Source: Phoronis australis (Eukaryota > Animalia > Phoronida). Taken from it: a DNA stretch of 64,000 nt. The stretch's first letter is position 1, and the number at the start of each line of letters is the position of its first letter. A program made the position numbers and the translations under genes. This document shows positions 48,316 through 62,000 of this stretch, one piece after another. The stretch spans positions 6,380 to 70,379 of the forward strand of contig NMRA01000133.1 in NCBI GenBank assembly GCA_002633005.1, in the 5' to 3' direction. The notes beneath the pieces are model-generated. The model searched no databases. It saw nothing but the letters and a program-made list of their open reading frames with translations, and had not been told where the DNA came from.

Positions 48316-51300
48316 GGCCGAGGCGATAGTGTCTCTTTAAGAGAACGAGCACAAGGCGTAAAAATAGTCACAAGCCAGTTGTTAGCCGCAATAGACGAAA
48401 TTCACAGGGAGCAAATCGACAAAAGCAATAAAATATTCAAATAAAAATGATAATCAACTATAATCGAATACAAATTTAATTTAAAAAGTCATAAAATCGG
48501 ATAAAGGTTCACTCCATTCAAGCAGCCGTGACGACAGTGCGGAGTAGTATCCTCCTGAACACAACGGCAGTTACACAAACGAGTGAACTGATTATAATAC
48601 AGGTGATCGCTTGATAAAGGCCGGGAAACAAAATCGTACATATGTCACCAGCTTTCTCATACGTAGAACAGATTTAGTGCTAATTCCTGACGTCACAATT
48701 TACGACTCAACACAGGAGATGTTTATCAAAGGGTAATTCTAATTCATTGTTTGCTGTGCGATTGTGTTTTTGAATAATTTACAGAATTTTAAAATTCATT
48801 TAATTTATTAGTTAGCTTATAGCAGTTTTGTGACAGTGGGGTTATATACGGGGCACCAGAATTTGAAAAATTGCTGTACGCCCAGTGCTTTCTTAGATCA
48901 TTTGAATGCATTTGAATCAGTTGTGCAAGTGCTATTGGCTTTTGATGAAGATGAAATGTTTTTTCGTCTGAAACGTTACTCCGTGGCACAACACGGTTTG
49001 TGAAATAGGTGTGAATGAGCGATGTCAATGGAAATGGTTAACAATGTGTTTTATTCAGAAAATGTGTGTTTTAGCAGAAATATGTTATATGGTAATCACT
49101 TTAAAATAACATCATACTTTGTAGTCTCACGACGTCTTCTAAACCGACCTTTTAAAACCGGTTGCCGTTTTAACCGCATCTATTTCTACTCTCTGCTGTT
49201 TGTATTGTTAAAATGACAAATTAGGACAAAATGAATATTAAATAAATCGTTCAAATGTCAATTCAAAACACCTTTTAAATTTTCCCTCGACATTTGTGGG
49301 TAAACATTTAAAGATAGTTTTCTAGTACAGACATGGGAAAGAATTTCCTAGCTACACAGTAAGTCCACGCCTCGTTGACTATGGCCACGCTTAACTAAAA
49401 AACAATTGTCAATATTAGGCAGCATCTGAAGACAGTTTCATCATAAAGAAAGTTGGTTCCTGTGGAGGTATTCATGAAATTGTGAACGGAAAACTGACAC
49501 CGTGTACAGAAAATGAAGTGACTGGACTCTTACTTGAACTCCCCATGACAACAAAACTTATTTCGGGGGTTTGCCGTCGTCAGTACTTCTTCGCAAAGGG
49601 GACACAGTGCAGAAGCCTAACGCATAAAATCCTCCGCATACCCGCAGCCGTTATGTTCTCATGAAGAAGCTGTCGACATGTTTTTACAACTAAAATTATC
49701 CGAACCACTGTAGCATTTCAAATTTACCTACTGTCATTATGTTGTGATTTTCAATAGTGTCTACATTTTTGTAACCCTGGATTCTATGTCATCAAAATTT
49801 TTCTAAGAAGAAAAAAGGGTTCATAAGGATTTGCACCGTACATACCCAGGTGTTCCATTCGCACACGCAAGACACTCGCAAGAAAAACTGGCGTAATCAC
49901 GTGCTTTGCTTATAATGCGTGGCGATATCTCGCAAAGGTTTTCGTGCTGTTGGGTTTTACCAAGTTTCTTGCGTCTACTGGATAGAGCCCAAACACTACA
50001 GTAATTTCTGGTGGCAGAAGGTATTTCTGCAAAATGGCCACTGAGTTCAGATCGAGTACATATCCATGTACAGTTGAACATTGTTTCGACTTGACACTAG
50101 ACCAAAACACTTGAAAATTGATTGTTGCGCAACTTCTCGGCGAGTCTTTAGTAAAGGATTATTTAACTTATGACTACAACGGAAAGTATAAATCAACCGT
50201 TTAACCCGATGATGTTTCATTCCTTTGACACAGCAGCGTGTCATGTAAATAAGTCTCACTCGCTGAAATGAATCTCGCTATATTGTGATGCACTGTAGCG
50301 TTGAGTAAAATTGCCTTTAATATCTGTATTCCGAGTACCGTTTCTTCAATCAAAATTCTATTTGTGTCACCATTGTTAAATAACTAGTTATTTAGTTCTT
50401 CCATTCGTAACCGTTTCCTATTTATTCTTACTGCAAAGGATGTGCGCTTTATGGCGACGCATCGTTATTTAAGTACGACCAATTGTTAGGAATCGTTCGA
50501 ATCTAGATTTATGTTACAAAGACAGCCCAGCGGGTGTTTTTCTATTGGAAAATTATGTGATCAAAAATCTTTGATCCAATTTCAATTGGTTTGCTCATCA
50601 TCTGCTAACGGAGAAATACACAGAATTCTTTTAGTTCACAAAGCCATCTAGACAAATTTATTTCCTAAGGGAAGTTTATTTTTAATTTCCCGTCGTTGCT
50701 TTACTCAGCAGCACCCAGAACTAAAAAATTAACATCTCAAACACGATAACATGAGATATAAGTGGGTCTTACCAGTGTCAGGTAAAACCCCTAAAAAAGA
50801 AAAAAAAATCTGAACATGAGACGATGTTGAAAGAAATGAACGATCTTTTTAGCTGTCTCGTAAGAAGTTTAGTCGGAACTGGTATTACATGAATATATTA
50901 TCGTTGTTCTTTGCGTAACACATGAACATACATGAACATGGAGGCAATGATTTTTTTAGTTAAAGGTGCATTAGTATGTGACGTCATTAAAACATGGCCT
51001 TTGCAAATACTCTTCTAACCCTAAACACAACTCGAATCCTTACTCTTACCCCTAAGCACGGCTCTATCACTGACCTAAACGCTTTTAGTCGCAGAAAATA
51101 CGTTCTATAACGTCCATCGAAAACATCGATAAATACGTGATCGAGAAAAGTGAACGTGGTGGATGGTTTGGGCTATTTTGTCGTTACTCTTTATCGGAGA
51201 AGTAAAAAAGTGAACTGAACTTAGCAGCAGTTGCTGCGATTACTACGGTGCTCGTTTCCCGTGTGTAACTCGGTACATGGTTCTTTAAGGGTGAGCAACT

Positions 51301-51845
51301 TAAGAATAAATGTTGGTAAGCCACGTGAACATGTCGTCACTGGAAACCAAAAGAATACGCAAGAATCCGTCTTCATTCTTGTTCATCGTATTCCTTAGGA
51401 TGTTGCAAAATGTGGATTAGGACCCACGTGACAACGATTCGTGTACCAGTTATGGACACTTCGCTAACAACCAGATACCCAGCACTTAGCATGCGCAATG
51501 CACTTCAGGTACTGAGTTCCTTTCTCAGAATACGTTCTTTGTAAATTAGAACAAGAAATTTTTTGATAATTTCTCGGAAATGTTTTTGATAAAAAACAGA
51601 TAACCTGTGCCGCGACGCCAATATCCATGTAATTCAAAATCGTTACAATGCAAAACGTATTTGTTTGTTCTCCTAACTCCACTATTCATGAATGAAATGC
51701 AAGTGCGTGGCTTGCAAATGCGCAAATACTCGCGTGCGTACTGGGTAATAGTAAACTCAAGCACAACCAGAAACTCTGTGACGAATTGTGCGACTTTGGT
51801 ACGGTTTCTGCAACATCGATTCTTACCAATTCTACATGTACTCAG

Positions 51846-51919
51846 CTCTGTGATATCATGTTGTATGTATATGAAGTATAGTTCTCTGTGGTATCATGTT
51901 GTATGTATATGAAGTATAG
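51846..51919. repeat. 38-bp tandem duplication
   Basis: ctctgtgRtatcatgttgtatgtatatgaagtatag occurs twice. Confidence 0.9.
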
Positions 51920-54900
51920 GTAAGTATCTAATGCACAGTAGTCTTGAAAACAATCTTCGTAGCACACGTTACTGGGCTCCAACCTTCGCCAATAAGCATT
52001 GCAATTATTAGTCACGTGACAAATACGACCAAACAGTTTGTCTATCGGCAGTGCATCCGGGAAGTTTAAATTAGAAGGATATATTAATAACAAATTCCAA
52101 ACTGAACCAAGACGTTTGTTTGATTAAAACATTAATTTATCTCAATGAGATGTAATAAAACGCTTAATCTTAACACAAGCAACCTCAAATTTAGTTCAAA
52201 CATCTGTGAGTTAATATTCAAATTTGCAATATGTAAAATGTTCGTTGATAAGCCGACGAGTTTAGACTTCTTATCGACAAACTCTTTGTTAAATTAATCT
52301 TTATTTAAACCCATGTAAAAGATTCTAAACTGGTTGTTATTGATTTATTTATCTTGGAATGATAATTTTAACTTTAAATTGAATGTTGCTCATTTCTAAT
52401 TTAGACCCCCTGGGTAGCCAACCTCGAATTTCAAAATGTCAAACAACGAGTTAAGAAAACACCCCGAAGAAGATAAATTCTTTTATTTATATCCCTGTAG
52501 ATTCCAATAAAACGTAGTTATAAAAGCACACGAAACGACAAGCGGGTTTATCTCGTGTTTACTTAAAATAGATATTGCTATTTTAGAGGAGGCAACATGG
52601 TTCGAAAAATAAGAATTTCAAGTGCCCCATGTTCTCTAGTATTTACTTATGGCCATAAGTGTGCTCGTAAATTGTAACGAGCGGCAGATAAGGTACTTTT
52701 GAATTGGAAAATATCTGACATGAAATATATTTATCATGCCCTGTGTCAATTGAAAATGTAATAAATTTTTCTGTTGGCATTTCGTTTGATTTTATATCTG
52801 CGTGTGATACACCACTGTCTGAGTGCAGTTATAAGATAATACCCAGGTTACGGGGCCGTACATCGTACACTCGTGTGTCCAAACAGGGGGCAACATATTA
52901 GTAAATAATTCGTTATCAAATGCGTTATGCAGTAAACAGGATACAAGATGCGAGTCGCCGTAAGCAAGGGTGACGTCTTCTGTGGTTTTCCATATTGGAA
53001 TTTCTTTGAAAAGCTATCTAAATTATTGGTTATTGATACGCAGATACAGGCATAACAGCTTTACTGAAAAAATGACGACAAAAATGGTTGGTTTGGGTTG
53101 AAATGAACTTCCAGCTTTATCAACTAAGCAAATTTATACTGTTGCATGACGCCATAAGCAATAGCAATGACGTATAAGAAAGAGATGTCGTTGTTTTAAT
53201 CCACCGTATTTTGGCTTCGAAACACATGGCAATTTCTGGGACTGTTCCGTCACGCAAAATACTCGCCCATGAACGCTAGTGAGACCACGTGTTTCGTCTG
53301 TAACGTATGGCGATATCTTGCGAAGACATGCGTGATGTGCCAAACTTGCGAGACTTGCCGTATGGATTATGCGCGGTCAATTTATTTTCTGCTACCGTTG
53401 AGTGTCTTAATCATAATAATAATCACGTAAAATCGCACAAAAACAGAAGTCTTCAAAAATTGGGAAACAGGTCTGTGCATGTACTTTTTATATTCAACAA
53501 ATTTCAAAATGAGAAAATGTTCACAACGTCAAGCTTACATACACGCGGTATATGAAGAAAGTTGCGGGCAATTTCTAAATTTCTCAGCTTGTCAATATCG
53601 ATTTAATAAAAACGGCAATTTATTATCTGAAATGACCGAAGTTAGCGACCACGTGAAGTATCAAAAACTGATATAAAAGTAATTACCTGCTTAAAATGTG
53701 GACAGGTGAGCAAAAATGAGCTCAAACCGTCGATTTGTTGGATAATTGGACAAGCCAAGTTTAACGAGGCATACATAGGCGAACGTGGCAGCTCCTTTCA
53801 GCGACACCGTCTTCCCTAATGCATCACAGATCAAATTTAGCCCCGGAAACAAAGAAAACGACTAGCAATTTCGACTGATTTATTTAAAACTAATGCAATT
53901 CAATTCAGCTCAGGGTAAAGAGTCCCGTATCAAATTCTAAACAAAGCGACAAATTCCATTCCCCACACGTATGTCCGTCTGAATCCGAAAGCAATTTTCA
54001 GAGATCGAATGTTAGGCGAAACAATGAACGGGCAAACCGTATCTATTTCCAGTCGTTTTAAACATATCAAGTTAGGAATTAAACAATAGCATTCGCTCAA
54101 ATCATTCGGGTAGGTAAATCTGAAAATGGCATTTGGGTGGTTTTTGACAGGTGGAGGATTGCTTGAGGTTGTCGTTGAAGAATCATTGGATTGTCTCAGA
54201 GGGCGCCGCGAGTGTCACCCAAGACTTTTTATTAATGACATAAAATTCGATTACCGTAGTTTAAACGTCAAGTCGGTAGAAAAAATTATTTCTTTTCTTT
54301 AAACGAAATTGAGAGATAAATGAAGCTCTTTATTAAGTTTCACTCCTTGCTTGCACGCTGGCTTCCAGTTTTCTTGATACAGGAGCTTCGTTGGAGTCAT
54401 CGCAAACAGTAGTAACTTTGACGTTAGCAGTAGACAGGTGATGCTCACGTTTCCAATAAAATTTAGTTGATACCAAGAGAAAACTCCCATCAGGAGTTTC
54501 GTTCATATTTTAACGCCTAAACGTATTATTAACCTTACCGAAATAAAATCGCGCTTTGTTGAATTGCACTCCAGACGACGATGAAACTTTCTAAATTAAG
54601 TTTCAATCTTGCATTTCGCCGCATTCCTTGAAAGCAAACAGTCGTTTCAATTTACTTTTTAATTGAAAATTAACTCTTTCATTTCAATTGCATTTCCCCA
54701 TTCAATACAGATTCGTGCCGCATGGAACATGTTTCAAGTTCTACTGATAATTGATAGAGACAATTTCACAAACGATTGTTTGTCTCCGACCAGTAACGTG
54801 AATCTACGCGCGGGCAATTCACGACGCCGATGCGCTTATCGCTAAAGAAACAAACAAACGTTTTATTACAACCGAGTTCGTCCAAATCCAGCCATTGTTG

Positions 54901-57900
54901 GTTTTCCCTAATAACCCACGGGCGAAGAAGTCATGTTTTTTTTAAAGAAAGATGCAACTAGTATTTCATGTGGTCGGGACCAGACTCTCCAACGTGGCGT
55001 TTCCTCTTTTGATTATTTTCCAGCTGATATTGGCAAAGGCAGACACAGACTCATGGTCTTAACATAATGTTTACACAAAATTTTCTAAACTAACTTTCGG
55101 TTAAACGCTTTTGTCTATCTGGTTTCACAACTGCGGTTTTATTGCTGGGCTGTTTGTGGAAAACAATTGATGGGTGAATTTTAAAATCAAAAGGCGTCAG
55201 TCGAATCAAAAAGACAAACATTTGTTTGTTTATTTTAGCCAGGTTTATTTGACGTTTGTTGACAGGAAATTATCAAACGCAAAAGAAGTTTGAATCAAAT
55301 GTTTCCCTAGGTTAGTTGTACATATAATTTAAAAATGAAACTACCAAGCAAGTGTTTTTTTGCAAATCACGCAATACATAAAATAGTATGCTAACGCTCA
55401 TCAAAATGAGGTGCGCTAAGTGCCACAGTAGAAAATAGATCCCTGTAATTGTATGTGACGTAATCAACGGATTGTGGTGACATTTTCACCTTCCAGTCAA
55501 GCACTGCTTCACAGAATTCTGCTCCGGAACAAGTGGTTTTTAAAGAATGAAGTAAAACATTCATCAAAGCACAGTTCCTAGTTCTTCCAGACGCAATTTA
55601 ATTCTAAATTTTATCTTAATTATACTCAGTTTAACGAGACAACGAAGCAGCATAAACAACTGGCGGTCAATTCAGAAATGCACTGTTTCTGTCAATAATT
55701 TAATCACCATTTTCCGCGTTCCAACTTTTCCAGTATATGCGGCGAAAACAGATGGCAATTTTCGAAATCGAAAAAATAACATTATCGCATCTGCAAATAG
55801 CATCGTTTTCTAATCGACCCGTCCAGCACACGCTCCCTGGTGGACTGCGCGTGCAAAAATGTTTATCAGACTAAAACGATTAGGAAAAAGGTTCGACAAT
55901 TCTTGTGTACTTTGCTTGCAGAATGGGAATTTCGGTTCAAACCTGTGGCTAATTATCTCAGTTGTAGATTCAGCTCGTTCACCATGTGTACAATGCAACC
56001 ACACCTCGTGCGTGCGGGAGGAGGTGAAACCCTTGAATAAACACGAGGGACTGTAGCCTATGTTGCTGGCCTTTTGTTTTATGGACTGAAACACACCGAT
56101 AAACCAGACGACATCTACATGCGGGCCGCCTAATCTCGATTTTGTCTCAATGAATGACACGAGACTCTGTCAACATTATAGAAACGTGGATCAAAATATA
56201 TTCCCAGAAGCATCAGCGTTATTATTACCATAGTCAATACTGCCGGTAAACGACAACTTTGACGAAAAACGCGACATAGTGTTTCATGTCATTTCCGGGC
56301 TTGATTGAGACTTGGTTGTATTGGTAAGTTCTAAGTGTGAACGTTTCGCATGTAAACCTATAGACTTTTATTCTCTATTATGAACTCTCTGTGTGATGAA
56401 CTTTTAAAACATTTTGCTTTTTTTTAAATTCTCAAATAGTGTTACTAATGTTGCTTTTAATTTACATTCTAGCGTTATAAAGACTTGCACTGATCTGTAT
56501 TCACAGTGCCGCCGTTTCATTCGCATTTGTTTTTGCAAATATCTCATTTAAGATTTCACTCATTTTTTCAATTATATGTACAACTCCATTTTGACAATAC
56601 TGAACAGTTGTATACTTCAGCGTAAAATCACTTAAGCTGAATAAAACTCTTCCGTGTACGACTCCAATAGATCAGGGACTGTTTTAATAAGTCGTAATCT
56701 AATACGAATGCGACTCGGTGCAAAATACAGTGGGTACGTGCGCCCGCAGCCAATACAAATAGAAGAAAAACGAAAATCAGTCCTTTTGTTTTTACAATAT
56801 TTTATCGCTTTATTTGATCGCGAGTGCGCATTGGATGAGAAAAATTACTTCGTTCACCACAAGCGGCCGGGATATTGACGATCGCAGTTTGCAGTCGAAA
56901 ACAGGAAGACAAATCCATGTTCCGGGTAAAGGCCTAGCAGGAGGGAGGAAACGGTGATTTCAGCGTGGCTAAACAACAGATTAATAAACGGATTAGAGGA
57001 TGGAAGAGGAAACAAAACATCGAAATGGTTTAATCTGCTACATGAAGAGAAATATAAACAGATAACAAATGATTTCTATTACGTTCAATAACGCTTTTAA
57101 GTATTTAAAAGTTATAAATTGTTCTTACATTACTAAACCGGTTGACAACTATACAGACGAAGATGGTTGCCAAACAAAGCCATATTTGGGTTTCCTGGTA
57201 ACGGTTTTAATCAGTTTTCACAGAGGATATTGTTGGGAAATGAGTGAATTAACGTCTTCATATCTTTGCACACTTCTAGAAAATGTTGGGTCGGCTGATT
57301 CTGCAGCAAACAACTTTCCTCAGAATTTTAAATATTTTTTGTCTATATGCATTACCATTCTGCACTTGGCACCAAGTCATGAATAGACGGAAGACATTTT
57401 TATTCGCATCACAGTAATTTTGCATAAAATTTCAAGCAAAAAAGTTATTCAAAGCATTTTTGTTCGTGTACTATATTTTATTGTTATGTCCTCGCTTCTA
57501 CCCAGACAGTTGCGAACTAGAAATAGTGACCCGAAAATTAAACGGCATAACTGAAGCAAATGCCATTCAAAAGAATATTTTGAAGGTAACGAAATTAAAA
57601 AACGATTTACTTGTTTTTCGTGCACAGAAATTTGACGCAGTGGCCGATGCAAGCATTGGTCAGGTGCCCAACACAAACCCATAGGCGTTTGTGGTTAAAG
57701 AAGACACAACGATGACCCATAACCGATAGAGAGAAAGGGAGGGGTGAGAGATTAGACAGGGTTGAATGATTTGCATGGTCACCAAGCGTTGTTATTATTT
57801 TCAGTAAAGCTTATTTATTATATTTTGTTCATCTTAAATTCCATGATTACTCCGCCGTAACCCAGTGACGTCACAAATCACATTCGTCCAATAATAAGAC

Positions 57901-58604
57901 ACCGTTTGAGATAGAAACAAAACCTACAATGTGAAAAAGACAAATAAACTTAAAAGGAAATACGGAGAAATAGTGTACTAGCGGAGATTCGGTCTGGAGA
58001 ACACGTAACGTCTTTGATGAATTCGCACAGCGCCATTCAGTTTTAATATAAATTGTTTTGTGGAACTGTTAATCGACAATTGATGTAAAAAATCGATGCA
58101 AGAACACGGAATTAAAAAATCATAGCATAATCGCATTAACAAACTTTCAGAAGAATAAATCATTTGTCTGTTCAATCTACGTATTAAGCGAAATATGTGT
58201 CTGTCGTATTTGAACTCCTGGTGCTTTTTTATTAAAATTGGATGACAGATTAGATGTTGGTGAACTTGCTCATCGGATTAGCGTGTTACAAATCTTAACA
58301 GAATTACATTATGCGATACCCAGCGCGCTTGTGGTGAAAATGTAGAATTTCGTGTTCCATTGCTGTGGATATGTGTCATCAAAGCTCAGAAGTAGTAAAC
58401 AAGTCCGATACCACATCGAGCCGAAGATAAGTCCCAACATACGACTCGAAACCAGCGGGGTCGGTTCTTTTCTGGGTTAAGTTTATCAACAGCATGGAAG
58501 CTGTTCGAACGCATTGATATATATTTCTATCAACTTTAGGTGTTACCTCACTTATTTGGCCATTCATAACTCAGCTATTAATTAATAAAATAAGTCAGGC
58601 ATAC

Positions 58605-59053
58605 CTCGAGTTGGTGCAGTCTTCGTACAGGACGTCGAATTCTTTCGGGGCGATCAGCTTGCACCTGTTCACTCCGGGCTGGATGGCTCCGAGACCCCTC
58701 AGGATGCGCACTTGTTCTACATTACAGACCACGGGGGTAATGTCAAGTCTCTTAAGTTTTGTGTAGACCGTGTGCAGACCGCCAACCAAGTGCTTCAGGA
58801 ACAAGTCAAACGCTTGGGGAAGACATATCAGTTCTCGTCCGTCCACCGTGAACGCGGCCACTTTGGCTCCCCTATACTCTATCATCTTGCAGATATTGTT
58901 CTCTGGGATGTTGGAGGCTGGTGGGGGCGTGCTATAAGTCGGTACCTTGTCCAGTTTGAACAGCAATGCCGCAGTGTTGCTGGTCGGACTCAATTGTCCT
59001 CTGGGAGGCGTCAAGACTTCCCGCTTCCCCAGCGAATGTGTGTGGACTTCCAT
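58605..59053 (-). CDS. dach: dachshund coding exon 1 (DD1 / Ski-Sno-Dac domain)
   Basis: MEVHTHS...NNICKMIEYRGAKVAAFTVDGRELICLPQAFDLFLKHLVGGLHTVYTKLKRLDITPVVCNVEQVRILRGLGAIQPGVNRCKLI...LYEDCTNS, near-identical to the Dach DD1; donor AG|gtatgc in phase 2. Confidence 0.98.
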
Positions 59054-62000
59054 GAATGGACGCTAACTCAACAGTTCTTGACTGGTGAAGACGAATGAAT
59101 TGAACGTTCAGCAATTAACGAATGTCACGTTTTCTCCAATCTCGGGTCGATCCTCACTGTCCGCTAGTTTGTTGTGTGTGCATTCACGCTACTCATGTGT
59201 CAGTAAGTTATATACACATAGCACAATGCGATAATAGTTATTCAGGTTCAGGGGCGGCCGGAACTACTTCTCCAGAAGTCATAAATATTATCGTTTACAA
59301 TATCGACGTGCGCTTTTCAATTTGTTATGATTCCGCTCAAGGTTTTGAGGTTAAATATTCTCTTATAGAATTCGAGGAGTTCTCATTATTTAAAAAGCTT
59401 AAGATCTTGGTTTGATTTAAGATTGTATTTAAATGATGTAATCAACGACTTTTGATGTACCTTTTAATCGGAAGTTAGTAGACGTTTGTGTGTTAATCAC
59501 GATTACCAACTTCTCAGATAACACATAAAACGCAATAGAAGTTATTAAACTGATACAAGCAAATGAATTATAGATAGATTACATGTGTTCTTTCACATTA
59601 ACACCACATTCTCCCGGGGTGCAACTCTTACGAGTGCATACCTTGATTAAAATGCGTTTATTCCAGAGCTTAATGGGGGAATCGTCGTAAAATAATACCC
59701 ACACTGCAAAACACTAAAGCAAATTTAATCGCTGTGAAATGTGTGCTGTCTTTGGATAAATAATTTCGGATGATCTATAGGCATTACATTGCACGGGATA
59801 CTTGGTGATATTAATAAATATCTTTCAAACCACAAAATATTCATGCCGAATATGCAAAACCATTCTTATTTACAAAACCTTTGCGAATGGATCATGCGAT
59901 AGACGGAAGTGAGGCGGGTCTCACATGACGTTTCGCTGAATTAACCATTCATCATCAGGATGAAATTGATCATTTTGTCGAAAATTCAACTTGAAAATGT
60001 AACTGCGACACGTGTCAATATGAAATGAAAGCAACGTAAGTGGTAACCTGCATAGCCAGTCATGATTATTTTAAAATAATTACGACTTGTTATTAAAATA
60101 ACAATTACCGGTATCAAAATATTCTGAGTAACATTAATCGGTGACAGCGATATAGTTTAATAGTGTCTTTTTGTCGTTTCAGCTTCAACCACGCCACCCT
60201 TACCTTTTAAAAAGTTCAAGCACTTTATAGTGTTCCCTGATTGAATTAAACTAGTATCCGTCTGAAACGGAAAATTTAATTTGCCCAGTGACGAATGACC
60301 GACAACATATGTACGATAGATTACTGATCCGAATAGCATGCAATTGACACCTAAATATTGCTATCGACGTGATAACGAGTTATGGCTTTATTTCAAGTCC
60401 TATTCCTTTTGTTTATATTAATTAACTTAATACAGATAACACATAAATCACAGTTCTAGTGACAAATATAATTCCGTTCAAATGTTACGTTGTTATTAAT
60501 TGTTTTCCCGACAACAAAATAAACTCCACCTCGAGTTATCGATCGAGCTAAGGTGGACTCTCGTGTGTTTACACGCTCAGAAGATTTAGGTTCGAAATTC
60601 TCGTTATGTAGTGCGTGCAAAAATATGAATTTCGCACTGTTGATTACGGCATGTTCAGAAATAAAAAAAAATACTTAAATTTTCTTAAGTCGACTTGTAT
60701 CATTAGGCGACAAATAGACAAAACTTTCTATAAATAAAGAACGTGCAATGTGCAATACTATGCGATGATGGTGTCGTCCTTCGACAACTACAAGAATTAC
60801 AGATGCATAACGTTTCACTCATTTCGTACGTATTTGAAGTTATATTGATGGCTACATCAACGGGTAAAAAGTGGCCAACTTCAAAGTAAGGTTAAATAAT
60901 GATGAAGCCGTTTACTAAGCGAAAATTTACTTTCATGAACGCCATTCCCACCAAAGAACCCACTGGCAGATCTGGAATGTCGTAAAGGGCTCAGCCAAAA
61001 TTATGTCCGGAAAAAGTCCGCCTAGACCTAAAAAGGCTTGTTCACAACGCTTTTGGTTAATATCTGTAAGGTAGCGGGCTATCTGCCTACTAGAACCGTA
61101 GAAAACAAGAAGTGTTAATTTGCCTGTGATACTATTTTTGTGAGGATCACAAAATTAAGACAAAACATTCGACACTCGCCATTGTGTGAAACGAGATGTT
61201 CCTTGAACGTAATAGTTATATTATTTTAACACCGCTCCAAGCTTAGAACAAAAGTTGGAAAATCGACCATTTTTTCATTGCATTATTGCTCACAAGGCCG
61301 CCGTGCACGTGGAAAACCATCACAAAGTCGTGCAAGCTTCAGGTGAATAGGTTGGTGACATGACGCCAACGGAAGTGTGACAAATTCACCTTCTACTAAT
61401 GTTTTTGAGTAATTGATTAAAAATCGGATTTATGCTGGTCACTTGCAAATGCCAAAAACAAGTAACGCTCAAACGACCGAAAACAGTCATTTAAGACCCC
61501 GCCACAAATGCGACTTCCTGTCATAAATTGGTTGATGAGTTCTTTTAATAGTAAGTTCAATTTCTACATGAACTTTTGACTGATCCAATGGTGTGCAATT
61601 AATCATTTCACAGATTGCGTAAGACAAGGATCACTTCATTTCAATAGTATTTCAAGCCGCCAGTTTAGTTCATCATACATGTAAACAGGTAGCATCTGTC
61701 CAAAAAACTGCCAGTTTACCGAGCAGATGATCGCCTGCCTAACGCTTTCAAGATTGAAAGACTCGTATCCGACAAATCTACGCTCAAGGGTGCGCAGTGT
61801 CCACAGAAAGGAAAAACAACTACACACGGCTTATAAAGCCTCGTTCTGAGGATTCCCTCATTTTTTTGAGGACCTGAATACATTTTTTGTATTTCCGGTT
61901 CCACCTTCCGCAGACAGAAAGAATTCAAATAAATTGATGCATTTTTGCGCATTTTCGTTAAAATCTTGGTAGCAAATTTCCGAACACGTCTGGACCCTTA

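Noticed and set aside
58712-59098. 128-aa antisense ORF over dachshund exon 1
   Set aside because: Shadow frame of a GC-rich coding exon; no independent support.
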